Shown here: positions 50,415 to 60,372 of the stretch, piece by piece
Position numbering within the stretch: the stretch's first letter is position 1
How the letters are laid out: every line of letters starts with the position of its first letter
DNA from: Eubacteriales bacterium
Lineage (GTDB): Bacteria > Bacillota > Clostridia > Oscillospirales > CAG-272
Reading direction: 5' to 3'
Assembly: GCA_045632405.1 (NCBI GenBank)
Contig: JAZQWO010000017.1
Location: 12,512-76,511, forward strand
DNA length: 64,000 nt
Notes under the pieces: model-generated
Databases searched by the model: none
What the model saw: only the letters and a program-made list of their open reading frames with translations
Told to the model about the DNA's origin: nothing
Program-made: the position numbers and the translations under genes

Positions 50415-50600
50415 CAGGAACATATCGAATCGTTTACGATATATCGAGTTTGATTTATCAAACATATCGAGTTCAATCTGCTGATTGAACATATCGACAC
50501 TTGTTTGTTTTTATCGATATTTTTCGCTTAATAGCGAAAATCGATATGTTGTTTCACAACTCGATATGGCTACACCTCGATATGTTGGCTTCGCCAACAA
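50415..50600. repeat. intergenic CATATCGA/TCGATATG hairpin array
   Basis: same unit as 43480-43690. Confidence 0.75.
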
Positions 50601-50614
50601 GAAAAGGAGAACAA

Positions 50615-51529
50615 ATGAGAAGTCTTATAGATATAAAGGAGCTCTCTTTACAGGAGCTTGACAATCTTATTGCCACAGCTCTTGATATAATTGATAATCC
50701 GCAAAAATACAGTGAAAAGTGTCGCGGCAAGAAGCTTGCTACTCTTTTCTTTGAGCCATCCACACGTACACGCCTGAGCTTTGAGGCGGCTATGTACGAG
50801 CTTGGCGGAAACGTGCTTGGCTTTTCCGAGGCATCAAGCTCATCCTCCGCAAAGGGCGAGAGCGTTGCCGATACTGCTAAAATGATTTCCTGCTATGCGG
50901 ACATTATGGCTATGCGTCATCCCAAGGAGGGCGCACCCCTTGTTGCGTCAATGAATGCTAGCATTCCTGTTGTTAACGCAGGTGACGGTGGACACAACCA
51001 CCCAACACAGACTCTTGCTGACTTGCTCACAATCAAGCGCAAAAAGGGCAGATTTGACAATCTTACCATCGGTCTTTGCGGCGACTTGAAGTTTGGCAGA
51101 ACAGTTCACTCATTAATAGGTGCTATGTCACGCTATGCAGGTGTTAAGTTCGTGCTTATCTCCCCCGAGGAGCTTCGCGTGCCTAACTATGTTAAAACAG
51201 ATATTCTTGACAAAAACGGAATTGACTACGTTGAAACAACAGACTTGTCCTCTGCTATGCCATCTCTTGACATTCTTTATATGACAAGAATTCAAAAGGA
51301 GCGCTTTTTCAACGAGGAGGACTATCTCCGCTTGAAGGACAGCTACATTCTTGACCTTCCAAAGCTCGATAACGCAAAGAGCGACCTTTGCATTATGCAT
51401 CCGCTTCCACGCGTTAACGAAATCAGTGTTAAGGTTGACTCCGACCCACGCGCATGCTACTTTGAGCAGGCGCTCAACGGCAAATATATGCGTATGGCAT
51501 TAATTTTGATGCTTCTTGGCATTAACTAA
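50615..51529 (+). CDS. pyrB: aspartate carbamoyltransferase catalytic subunit
   Basis: [16 protein letters not shown]. Confidence 0.97.
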   Translation: MRSLIDIKELSLQELDNLIATALDIIDNPQKYSEKCRGKKLATLFFEPSTRTRLSFEAAMYELGGNVLGFSEASSSSSAKGESVADTAKMISCYADIMAMRHPKEGAPLVASMNASIPVVNAGDGGHNHPTQTLADLLTIKRKKGRFDNLTIGLCGDLKFGRTVHSLIGAMSRYAGVKFVLISPEELRVPNYVKTDILDKNGIDYVETTDLSSAMPSLDILYMTRIQKERFFNEEDYLRLKDSYILDLPKLDNAKSDLCIMHPLPRVNEISVKVDSDPRACYFEQALNGKYMRMALILMLLGIN

Positions 51530-51541
51530 GGGGGTATTAGG

Positions 51542-51970
51542 ATGAATATTGATTCAATAAAGAACGGTATCGTTATCGACCATATTACCGCAGGCAAGGC
51601 GACAGAGCTTTATGCTTTTTTGAACCTTGATGCCCTTGATTGCCCCATAGTTATAGGCAAAAATGTTGCAAGCCGCAAAATGGGCAAAAAGGACATTATC
51701 AAAATTGACGCAGACATTGAGCTGAACACCGATATTCTCGGCTACATCGACCCTGATGTAACCATCAATGTTATCAAGGACGGCAAAATCGCTGAAAAGA
51801 AAACCGTTTCTCTGCCCGAAAAATTGGTGAACGTAATCGCGTGCAAAAACCCCCGTTGCATCACATCCTGTGAGCAGGAGCTTGACCAGGTTTTCGTGCT
51901 GACAGATAAGGAAAACCGCGTTTACAGATGCTTATACTGCGAAACAAAAGCAAAGGAACAATCACACTAA
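51542..51970 (+). CDS. pyrI: aspartate carbamoyltransferase regulatory subunit
   Basis: IKNGIVIDHI; CKNPRC..CLYC zinc site. Confidence 0.95.
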   Translation: MNIDSIKNGIVIDHITAGKATELYAFLNLDALDCPIVIGKNVASRKMGKKDIIKIDADIELNTDILGYIDPDVTINVIKDGKIAEKKTVSLPEKLVNVIACKNPRCITSCEQELDQVFVLTDKENRVYRCLYCETKAKEQSH

Positions 51971-52327
51971 TTTATAGGAAAACGGTCTCTCCTTCCACCG
52001 CCTTTTTATGTGCTTTCATATTTATTGCTTGTGCGTTGGCGGTCCCCCTCCCTCTCAGATGGAGGCTATGGTTTACCGTTGCCTATATTGCGAAACAAAA
52101 GCAAAGGAACAATCACACTGAGCAAGACAGGCAAGATGTCTTGCAACGATATAGGATGCTCCTCATCCTGTGATATACGCCTTTGGCGTGTGATATTTGT
52201 TGCTCTGCAACAAGTGATATTTTTGCGACCCTGTGTCGCAAAAGAGATATGTTAGTTAAATACTAAGAAAATAGCTCGCCAAACGGCGAGCTATTTATAA
52301 AATGCTAAGAAAGGAGAGTGTTTGCAG

Positions 52328-52941
52328 GTGAGTAAAAATTACAAGCAGCGGCTAAAGGCGCACAGGCTACGCCTTTTCAAAAACTGCTTTACATTTCTCT
52401 TTTTCCGTTGATTTTAGTAATCTTTTTAGTGATTATTCAGCTTTCGCGTCCTTCTCCTGACGAATGGAATGCAGATACAATTATATTAAATAGCATTGAC
52501 GCAACCACCGTTTATAGACACCACGGCTCAAGCAGAGTTGCACAAATAACAAGCAATGACGGACGCAGCTTTGTTCTATCTCAAATGAAGCCCGAGGAGG
52601 CTTCAAATGCTTTAATCATAGGCGGCAAATATGAAATTGCATATTCTTCAGAATTTGGTCGATTAAGAATTAAAGGTATTTCTCAAAACGAAACCGAGAT
52701 TATAAGTAGGAGCGACTCTGCTTCCGGTTATAAAAGCAACCTTGTCACGATTATTATTTTTTGCTCCGCAGTTTTGCTAATTATGCTGGTGGTATTTGCC
52801 CTTACTGTAAAATTCCGCTGCAAGGACGAACTAAAGAATATAAAACACCTTAAAGAAAAAATCAAAAACAATTCCCCTCAGCCTTCTCCAGCGGAGAAGG
52901 GGGACCACGTAGTGGTGGATGAGGAGAGCAGTACAAAATAA
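52328..52941 (+). pseudogene. membrane protein apparently frameshifted in an A5 run
   Basis: GTG start at 52328 stops early; adding one A at 52379-52383 joins it to the 52408-52941 frame; two TM helices. Confidence 0.5.
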
Positions 52942-53504
52942 AACTATGATTTATAAATATAACAAAAAGCTTATTCCCACTGCCCAAGAGCTAAGAAAAA
53001 ATATGACTAAAGAGGAAAAACACCTATGGTATGATTTTTTAAAGCTTTTGCCTATTACGGTAAACAGGCAAAAAAATATTGGAAATTACATAGTTGATTT
53101 TTTTATATCTCACAAGCGTATTGTAATAGAGCTTGACGGCTCTCAACACGGAACAGAGGAAATTTTCAAGTCTGACCGGCTTCGCGATGATGATTTCGCA
53201 AAGTTAGGCATTACCATTTTGCGCTACTCTAACGCAGATATTAACACACACTTTATTGCGGTATGTGAGGACATCCTAAAGCATTTGGGTTTATCCTTCA
53301 GTGACCTGAAATCAAGTTAGCGCTTTTGTTCTCTCCTCATCCGTCGGCATAGCCGCCACCTTCCCCGCTGGGGAAGGCTTGTTTGCGTATTTTATTAAAA
53401 CCGCTTTTCACGGTTGAGAGCGCTTATTTCTTTATAATAAATCAACATACCACCCGTATAGCCTTCTCCAGCGGAGAAGGTGTCAACGGAGTTGACGGAT
53501 GAGA
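52881..53504. repeat. REP-like palindromes flanking the DUF559 gene
   Basis: CCTTCTCCAGCGGAGAAGG..GGATGAG at 52881 and 53461; inverted copy at 53335-53378. Confidence 0.75.
52946..53320 (+). CDS. DUF559/Vsr-like endonuclease
   Basis: AQELRKNMTKEEKHLW, RQ..IGNYIVDF, IELDGSQH. Confidence 0.9.
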   Translation: MIYKYNKKLIPTAQELRKNMTKEEKHLWYDFLKLLPITVNRQKNIGNYIVDFFISHKRIVIELDGSQHGTEEIFKSDRLRDDDFAKLGITILRYSNADINTHFIAVCEDILKHLGLSFSDLKSS

Positions 53505-53541
53505 AGATCATTCCAAAGTGAACTAAAAAAAGAGCCTCGAT

Positions 53542-53573
53542 TGAAGTGAACCCAATTCAGTTCACAAAAAACA
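53542..53573 (+). mobile_element. IS3-family-like terminal repeat remnant
   Basis: matches 842-873 at 30/32. Confidence 0.5.
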
Positions 53574-53625
53574 AAAAAGAAAAACCTCCTATGTTATAAC
53601 TACATCATAGGAGGTTTATGTCTTT

Positions 53626-53838
53626 TTATTTATTGACTTCCTTATTGTCTGTTCGTCCAAGAAGATAATCAAGAGAAACACCAAAATAGTCAGCGATACT
53701 GATAAGCGTGTTATAATCCGCTTGTCTTTCCATATTTTCATATCGACTAACACTGTTTTGACTCATATTCAAGTCAAGCGCCAGTTTCACCTGAGAAATT
53801 TTGTTCTGTTTTCTTAGCTTTTTTAGCCTAAACTCCAT
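53626..53838 (-). CDS. XRE-family HTH regulator
   Basis: RLKKLRK..SQ..LA..SRYE..YFGVSLDYLLGR. Confidence 0.9.
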   Translation of the reverse strand: MEFRLKKLRKQNKISQVKLALDLNMSQNSVSRYENMERQADYNTLISIADYFGVSLDYLLGRTDNKEVNK

Positions 53839-53935
53839 TTTCTCACCTTTTTCGACTTATCTATTGACAAAATTATACCATTATGGTATAATCATTATAT
53901 CCCAATTTGGTATATTTATAAGGAGAGTAAAAGTT

Positions 53936-54448
53936 ATGAAAAAAATTTTAGTTCTTGTTTTAGCCCTATGCTTGCTTCTTCCTACAATAATAGGATGCTC
54001 ATCATCAGGTAACGGCACATCCAATTCCAATTCAGGATTCAATGCCTCTTCCGAACCTACATACGAAATCCAACAGTACTACGACTTGGTATTATCAACA
54101 CAAGAATTGCTTGACGATGTGGCTGATGACATTTATTCCTATTGGTACGATGCAATCTACAAAGACAAATACAGCGGAAGCATTGATTTGGCTATCCTCT
54201 ATGCTCAATCAGCAAACTCAGAAAACTTGGATACAATAGAATCTAATAATGAAACGATTAAGAATCTCTATTCACAAATCAAGGATTCCAAGCTCAGCAC
54301 CGAGATCAAGGCAGTAATGCAGGCTTACAATGCATACTACTCGTTGGTAGTTGAAGTAAGCGGATCTTTTAAATCCTACTCTGCTGATAAAGAAACACTT
54401 AAGAAAGAGTTGGCAAACGCTCTTAAGAATCTTGATTTTGAGCTTTAA
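53936..54448 (+). CDS. lipoprotein
   Basis: lipobox IIGC; Ser-rich linker. Confidence 0.8.
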   Translation: MKKILVLVLALCLLLPTIIGCSSSGNGTSNSNSGFNASSEPTYEIQQYYDLVLSTQELLDDVADDIYSYWYDAIYKDKYSGSIDLAILYAQSANSENLDTIESNNETIKNLYSQIKDSKLSTEIKAVMQAYNAYYSLVVEVSGSFKSYSADKETLKKELANALKNLDFEL

Positions 54449-54639
54449 TTTCAACAACTAAAAAAGGCTGACATAAAAAGCTAATTAGAAATAATTAGCG
54501 AAAAGGTGTCAGCCTTTTTCTTTACTCTTGCAAATGTTTTATAAAAATGTTAAAATAAAGTGTAACCTATTGAGGGTAAAATCCGTTTATTAGGGTGAAG
54601 GGCTATTTTAATAGCGATTTTAAAAAAGGAGGCGAGAAT

Positions 54640-55197
54640 ATGGATGACAAAAAAATTGTTGACCTGTTTATAAAGAGAGACGAAAGCGCTCTTACTGAAA
54701 CAGAGCAAAAATACGGCCGTTACTGTCACTTTGTTGCCAACACCATTCTCGGCTCGGACGAGGACAGCGAGGAGTGCGTTAACGATACATATTTGCGCAC
54801 CTGGCACGCGATTCCGCCGTCAATTCCCGATAACCTAAAAGCGTTTATCGGTAAAATCACCCGTAACCTTGCCCTTGATATGTATGACAAAAGCCACGCC
54901 CAAAAGCGAAGCGAAGCAGTTGAGCTTGTGTTTGACGAGCTTGCCGAGGTGCTTTCCGACAAGCCAAGCGACTTCAATTTGGTTGATGAGCTTTCACTCA
55001 AAAATGCACTGAATGTATTTTTGGGCGAATTGAACGCAAAAAAGCGCACCATCTTTTTGCAAAGATATTGGTATATGTCATCGGTGAAGGACATTGCCGC
55101 AAGATTCGGTATGTCCGAAAACAGTGTTAAGGTCACACTCAAGCGCTTGCGCGAAAAGTTTAAGGAACGATTGGAAAAGGAGGGTTTTAAGCTATGA
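54640..55197 (+). CDS. ECF sigma factor
   Basis: DSEECVNDTYL; region 4 KDIAARFGMSENSVKVTL; TGTAAC..CGT ECF-type promoter just upstream. Confidence 0.92.
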   Translation: MDDKKIVDLFIKRDESALTETEQKYGRYCHFVANTILGSDEDSEECVNDTYLRTWHAIPPSIPDNLKAFIGKITRNLALDMYDKSHAQKRSEAVELVFDELAEVLSDKPSDFNLVDELSLKNALNVFLGELNAKKRTIFLQRYWYMSSVKDIAARFGMSENSVKVTLKRLREKFKERLEKEGFKL

Positions 55198-57140
55198 GTG
55201 AAAAGCCACGCTTTGATTTTATGAGCTTAGTTGACGATAAATTTATCGCCGAAGCCGACCCATACGCACCCAATCCTGCCTATAAATCCCGCTTCAAGTG
55301 GTCGCATATTCTTACAATTTCCCTGTGCCTGCTTTTGGTTATAAATTTAGCGGTGCTTTTGCCCATTTTGCTACGAGAGGATTCCCCGGTGGCTCCTACC
55401 CCACCCTCATCAAATGTTACTCTTAGCTCAGGCGACCTCAACCAAGTGCCAAATCCAGGCACTCCAGGTGGCAGCACAGAGCAAAAGCCAAGCGGTAACA
55501 CCAACCTGGTGGCTAATGACGCGCTTTTGGAAGCCTTGAAAAACCTGTTTGAAGCAAACGGAAGCAACAGCTTGATTGTGGAAAACGGTGAAATTGAGGG
55601 TATGGTCACCCCACCGTACGAAACTGTCACAGAGGGCGGCAGCTTAGACAATCTTGCCGTATATACAGACACACATCTGTTCTATTTAAAGGACAAGGCT
55701 TTTTATATTTACACCTTGGACGGCGCAGACTCCGCGCTTGCAGGTATGTACCCACTTGACGGCTACATCACAGAGCTTGTGAGCTACGCAAAATCAACCT
55801 TGGGTAACTCCTTGGTTAGCCTGCCATTGGAAAACAATAACTACGCCCTTGACAAGGACTGGAAAATGCTCCTTTCTCCCGACGGCAAGACTATCACCAT
55901 AATTTTGATACCGAACAACCACAATATGACAGGTGTTTTGACCTTTGATATTTCCAACGCCCCAACTGTCCGTCTCCGCGATTATAAGATTTTCTCAGGC
56001 GAGTTTGTTTCCTCATACATAGAAAACGGAGAAATGCTCCTTTTCACAAGATATTATGTGCGCTCATCCTTCTCCAAGGACAAGCCAAGCTCTTATGTTC
56101 CCTTCTATAAGCAGGGAGACAGCGAGCATTTTGCCCAAAACGTGTTTTTCCCTGCGGAATTAAACTCAAGCGCCTACTTGATGGTTTCTCGCCTTGATGC
56201 AACAGGCGACACGGTTAAGGACACCTGCGCTTACCTTTCATACAGCGACAGGCTTTATGTTTCGAGCGACAAGATATTTATAACAAGAAACGTTTTTGTG
56301 GGCGAAGAAAACGTTGCCTACATCACCCCACCGTACGAAACGGAAATCGTGTATGTGGACTGCAAAAACGGCACCTTTGAAAACAAGGGTACAGTTAACG
56401 TAAATGGCTACATTTACGGCAACTCCAATATGAGCGAGCAAAACGGAATTTTGCATATTGCCACAAGCTCATATGTTGCAAAGCAGGACTCTCCGCACGA
56501 TTGGTACGAAAAGAGCGTCAGCCTTTTTGTCATCGACCTGTCAAGCATGAAAATAATAGGCAAGGCGGAAAACTTTGCCGACGAGGGTGCATCCATTCAA
56601 TCCGTTTCCTTCTGGAACGGTCATGCATATTTGCGCGTTGTTTTGGAAAATTCATCCACCCCTGTGTACGATTTTGACCTGAGCGACCCCAAAAATCTAA
56701 CCTACACAGACAAGAGCGAGGATTTTATAGGCGCGCTCATAGACTTTGGCGGTGGCTATTATTTGCGCATTGGTGCAGGCTCTAACTCCCAAAGCCTAAA
56801 GATACAGCTGTTTATGAAACAAGAGGGCGAAATGTCACTCCTCGACACATACGAGCTTTCCAACACATATTTCCCACAAAACGGCGAGTCATATTACATT
56901 GACCGAAACAACCACCTGCTTGGCTTTGCCATAAGAACATACGACAAAAATGCCCAATCCCGCTATGTGAACAAGTATGTTCTTTTGAGCTTCAAGGAAA
57001 ACCTCTTTGAAACAGTTCTCACCCGTGAGGAATGCTTCACCTTGAGAGAATCCTGCCGTAGCATTTACAAAAACGGCTATCTCTACTTGATAACCGACAA
57101 GGAATTTTGTCCTGTTGGAATTAATGAAGCAAATAATTAA
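55194..57140 (+). CDS. anti-sigma-like membrane protein with extracellular beta-propeller
   Basis: VDDKFIAEA N-terminus, one TM, beta-rich ectodomain; ATGA-coupled to sigma. Confidence 0.7.
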   Translation: MSEKPRFDFMSLVDDKFIAEADPYAPNPAYKSRFKWSHILTISLCLLLVINLAVLLPILLREDSPVAPTPPSSNVTLSSGDLNQVPNPGTPGGSTEQKPSGNTNLVANDALLEALKNLFEANGSNSLIVENGEIEGMVTPPYETVTEGGSLDNLAVYTDTHLFYLKDKAFYIYTLDGADSALAGMYPLDGYITELVSYAKSTLGNSLVSLPLENNNYALDKDWKMLLSPDGKTITIILIPNNHNMTGVLTFDISNAPTVRLRDYKIFSGEFVSSYIENGEMLLFTRYYVRSSFSKDKPSSYVPFYKQGDSEHFAQNVFFPAELNSSAYLMVSRLDATGDTVKDTCAYLSYSDRLYVSSDKIFITRNVFVGEENVAYITPPYETEIVYVDCKNGTFENKGTVNVNGYIYGNSNMSEQNGILHIATSSYVAKQDSPHDWYEKSVSLFVIDLSSMKIIGKAENFADEGASIQSVSFWNGHAYLRVVLENSSTPVYDFDLSDPKNLTYTDKSEDFIGALIDFGGGYYLRIGAGSNSQSLKIQLFMKQEGEMSLLDTYELSNTYFPQNGESYYIDRNNHLLGFAIRTYDKNAQSRYVNKYVLLSFKENLFETVLTREECFTLRESCRSIYKNGYLYLITDKEFCPVGINEANN

Positions 57141-57175
57141 AAAACAAATGGCGTTACCAAGCAACGCCATTTGTT

Positions 57176-57499
57176 TTATTTTTCAATTAGAACTTCTACT
57201 ATTTTGAGTATCTTTTTCTTTGTTTCCAAATTAAGGTCCTGTATATTGTCCCAAAGCTCATTGGTCTTTGTAGCCTCTGCCTTGTCAACAATTTCAAGCA
57301 TAACCTCGTTTGGGGATGCGCCGATATAATTCAAAATTTTAATAAAATTCTCAAAGCTGGGGTAATTTGCCCCTCTTTCAATATTTGAGATTGAAGTGAT
57401 GCTGACACCGATGTGGTCTGCCAGCTCCTCTTGGCTAATCCCCGCCTTTTCACGATACATCTGTATACGTTGTCCTAATCTTGCATCTACCATTTTCAT
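57176..57499 (-). CDS. XRE-family HTH regulator
   Basis: LGQRIQMYREKAGISQEELA..ISNIERG. Confidence 0.9.
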   Translation of the reverse strand: MKMVDARLGQRIQMYREKAGISQEELADHIGVSITSISNIERGANYPSFENFIKILNYIGASPNEVMLEIVDKAEATKTNELWDNIQDLNLETKKKILKIVEVLIEK

Positions 57500-57631
57500 T
57501 TCTCCTAACTTAACTGAATTATATACTAAAGTCGTAGGGATACAGACAAAATATATTTTATTTAATTTTACAACAAAATCAAATAAAATTCAACCCTTTA
57601 TTTGTAAATTTACTATATTGAGCAAAAAATG

Positions 57632-57660
57632 TTGACAAACAAACGCCAAAATGATAAAAT
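57632..57660 (+). promoter_or_regulatory. sigma-A promoter
   Basis: TTGACA-17-TAAAAT. Confidence 0.75.
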
Positions 57661-57694
57661 ATAGCCACACAAAGAATAAACACAACTCACGCGT

Positions 57695-57880
57695 GCTTGA
57701 CACGGGTGTCGGCAATTTTGCCGATGGTAAGGAAACAGCGGTGAAAATCCGCGGCAACAGCCATTACCGTTACAGTCGGAATGCTTACCGTTTTGTGCCC
57801 ACAATTTGGCTCTTGGGCAAGGGAGAGGCTATTTCACACCATACGTGTTTTATCGCCTTTTTCGAAGGGCGATTTTGTTT
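57695..57880 (+). ncRNA. cobalamin riboswitch with terminator
   Basis: AAGGAAAC-GCGGTGAAAATCCGC-CAGCC..ACCGT..AGTCGG core; downstream B12-type transporter genes. Confidence 0.8.
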
Positions 57881-57915
57881 TATCCTTATGTGAATACACT
57901 AAGGAGGATTTTCAA

Positions 57916-58332
57916 ATGAAGAAAATCACATCACTACTCTTGGTAGCACTACTTTCATTCACCCTTATTTTTATGGTTTCCTGCGAGGACGGCACTGACC
58001 CCTGGGACGAGGCGATTTATACAGAAAATCAAACACTGGGCCAAGGCAAATCCACCTTCACCTTAGAGGTAGCTGTTAACGAGCATCTTGTTACCTTCAC
58101 CGTTTCCACAAATGAGGAAATGCTTGACAAGGCTCTTTTAGAGGTTGGTCTTATTGAAGGACGAGAGGACAAATACGGTCTTTATATGGAACGAGTAAAC
58201 GGCATTTTGGCGGACTTCAACACGGACCAAACATATTGGGCGCTTTACATAGACGGGAAGTATGCATTGACAGGTATCAGCTCAACTCCCGTTGAAAACG
58301 GAGCTACATATAAATTGAGCCGTGAAAAGTAA
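57916..58332 (+). CDS. DUF4430-like lipoprotein (cobalamin-binding candidate)
   Basis: lipobox MVSC; YGLYMERVNG..YWALYIDG. Confidence 0.8.
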   Translation: MKKITSLLLVALLSFTLIFMVSCEDGTDPWDEAIYTENQTLGQGKSTFTLEVAVNEHLVTFTVSTNEEMLDKALLEVGLIEGREDKYGLYMERVNGILADFNTDQTYWALYIDGKYALTGISSTPVENGATYKLSREK

Positions 58333-58846
58333 GCTTTCCATCAAGGAAATGTGCGTTTTTTCAATGCTTGGCACAATTATGTTTTTGTCAAAGCTCATTA
58401 TGGAATTTTTGCCAAATGTACATATGGTGGCTACATTAATTATAGTATATACCATTGTATATCGGGTAAAAGCGCTCATTCCTCTTTACATATTTGTTTT
58501 TTTGACAGGACTTTACGGCAGCTTTAATGCCTGGTGGGTTCCCTACATCTACATTTGGGCAATTCTTTGGGGAGTGGTTATGCTCTTTCCAAAAGGCCTT
58601 TCCCCTCGTGTGGGTGCAATTGTTTTTCCCATAGTGTCGGGCTTGTATGGCTTGCTCTTCGGTCTTTTGTATGCCCCTGCCCAAGCCATTATGCTTGGCT
58701 ACAACCTGCAAGAAACCCTTGCCTGGATTGCCGCAGGACTTTATTTTGACATTTCGCACACCGTTGGCAACCTCGTCTTAGGCTTTCTTATTTACCCTTT
58801 GGTAAAGCTTTTGACAAGGCTCTCGCGCCAAATCGGCATAATATAA
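58322..58846 (+). CDS. ECF transporter S component (CbrT-like)
   Basis: multi-TM; LPNVH; GLYFDISHTVGN. Confidence 0.8.
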   Translation: MKSKLSIKEMCVFSMLGTIMFLSKLIMEFLPNVHMVATLIIVYTIVYRVKALIPLYIFVFLTGLYGSFNAWWVPYIYIWAILWGVVMLFPKGLSPRVGAIVFPIVSGLYGLLFGLLYAPAQAIMLGYNLQETLAWIAAGLYFDISHTVGNLVLGFLIYPLVKLLTRLSRQIGII

Positions 58847-58875
58847 CAAAAAGCTCGACACGTGTCGAGCTTTTT

Positions 58876-59820
58876 TCAGTCTTCTTTTTTTATTCCGCAC
58901 ACAGTACAGTGTGTTTCATCAAACTGATGTCCCGTTGGTGGGATTTCTTTGCTTGGAAAAAGCATCAAGCCGCAAACAGAACAGTCCACGCTTTCTGTAC
59001 AACCTGCCACTGTGCATGTTGGGCTCTTTCCCGAGTTTGTTCTTTCAGTGTGTCCCTTAGGCGGGATTTTTTGGGATACTACAATGGTTTTACTACATAC
59101 GGAACAGAAAGCGCCTTCCGTTGCGCCCGACTTTGTACAGGTCGGCTGCTTAGCCTCGATAACCTGCTTTGTGTGACCCTTTGCAGGGATTGTTTCCTGC
59201 TCAAGAAGAACCTCTTTGCAGGTGACACATTCCTTGCCCATGGTCATGCCATCCGTTGTGCAGGTTGCCTTTATTCCGTCAATAATTCTTACCAGATGTC
59301 CCTTTGGTGGAATGACCTGATATAAGTATATTTTGCCACAAGCGGTACATTCCTTGCCGTCTGTTCTTCCCCACTCTGTGCAGGTGGCAGCAAATCCTTC
59401 TTTTAACACATAGCTATGCTCTGTTGTTCCAATAACCTGCTGCTCTAAAGTTACAACTCCGCAAACAGTACATTTTTTGCCCTCTGTCAGTCCTTCCTCG
59501 GTACAGCTTGGCTCTTTTTTCGCCAAAATTTCTTCCATATGCCCAAAGGGAGCTACATCTTCCTCGGTTGTGTAGCCGCACCCACATTTTTTCTGCACCC
59601 TACCTGTCTCTGTGCAGGTTGGCGCTTCAACCCATCTCTCTTCCTTCCATACATGCGTATGCGGAACATCGTTACTATCCCCTATGTGCGTGCTTGAAAC
59701 ATCGGGATTGTCCATTGTTGTGGAGCTTCTTGGCGCTATATTTTCCTCGCCGCAGGAAGCCAGCAAGAAAATAAACAGGCATACCGCCATCAAAATAATA
59801 AATCTTACCCTTGCTTTCAT
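58876..59820 (-). CDS. lipoprotein of tandem Cys/His repeats
   Basis: lipobox LASC; repeated (P/A)TCT..G...C..C..IP..GH units. Confidence 0.85.
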   Translation of the reverse strand: MKARVRFIILMAVCLFIFLLASCGEENIAPRSSTTMDNPDVSSTHIGDSNDVPHTHVWKEERWVEAPTCTETGRVQKKCGCGYTTEEDVAPFGHMEEILAKKEPSCTEEGLTEGKKCTVCGVVTLEQQVIGTTEHSYVLKEGFAATCTEWGRTDGKECTACGKIYLYQVIPPKGHLVRIIDGIKATCTTDGMTMGKECVTCKEVLLEQETIPAKGHTKQVIEAKQPTCTKSGATEGAFCSVCSKTIVVSQKIPPKGHTERTNSGKSPTCTVAGCTESVDCSVCGLMLFPSKEIPPTGHQFDETHCTVCGIKKED

Positions 59821-59844
59821 TCTGATTTTTCCTTTTTATCTGTC

Positions 59845-60372
59845 TTAAATGTATAACTCGTCATTTTCCCAATTTTCAGGATTTAAGGTTATGTAATTGC
59901 AAATTTCCATATGCTCGTCGCGGTTGCGAATTACGCGGTCGTAGAAGGATGTTTGAAACAGTTTTCCATTATAGCCAAATTCTTTACATTTTATTGTGGC
60001 TAACGACTTGAACGCACATATTACATCCATAATCGTAGGGCGGGGGCTTGCTCCCGCCGCGTCCTCGTTGATATGCAATATCAAATGAATATGGTTCGGC
60101 ATTATAACATACTCGCCAAGCTCGACCCCTTGAAAACGTACTTCGATATTTTTCAATTCGTTGTCTACAATCTGCCCATACAGGGTATTTTGTATCTTCA
60201 CGGCGGGAGCAAGCCCCCGCCCTACAAGGTCGTTATCATTTGTACGCTCAATTTTTGAAAGAATATTTTTTCTGCCCTGAACACATATTGTAACAAAATA
60301 TCCTCCACCGGAACTATAATCAAATTCTTTTAGACGAGGATGCTTCCTTTTTGGCAAATCCTTTTCATCCAT
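59845..60372 (-). CDS. REP-associated tyrosine transposase (RAYT, IS200-like Y1)
   Basis: YFVTIC, MPNHIH (HUH), FQTSFYDRVIR, YITLNP. Confidence 0.9.
   Translation of the reverse strand: MDEKDLPKRKHPRLKEFDYSSGGGYFVTICVQGRKNILSKIERTNDNDLVGRGLAPAVKIQNTLYGQIVDNELKNIEVRFQGVELGEYVIMPNHIHLILHINEDAAGASPRPTIMDVICAFKSLATIKCKEFGYNGKLFQTSFYDRVIRNRDEHMEICNYITLNPENWENDELYI
60035..60225. repeat. inverted GTAG-REP pair inside the RAYT gene
   Basis: GTAGGGCGGGGGCTTGCTCCCGCCG at 60035-60059 and exact reverse complement at 60201-60225. Confidence 0.85.

Noticed and set aside
43480-50600. CRISPR array interpretation of the intergenic repeats
   Set aside because: Constant words are only 6-8 bp, spacers are short self-complementary hairpins, orientation inverts mid-array, and no cas genes are present
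52150-54007. ATAGGATGCTC(C/A)TCATC near-repeat at ~52150 and ~53990
   Set aside because: Short, one copy is coding, and there is no supporting structure; probably chance
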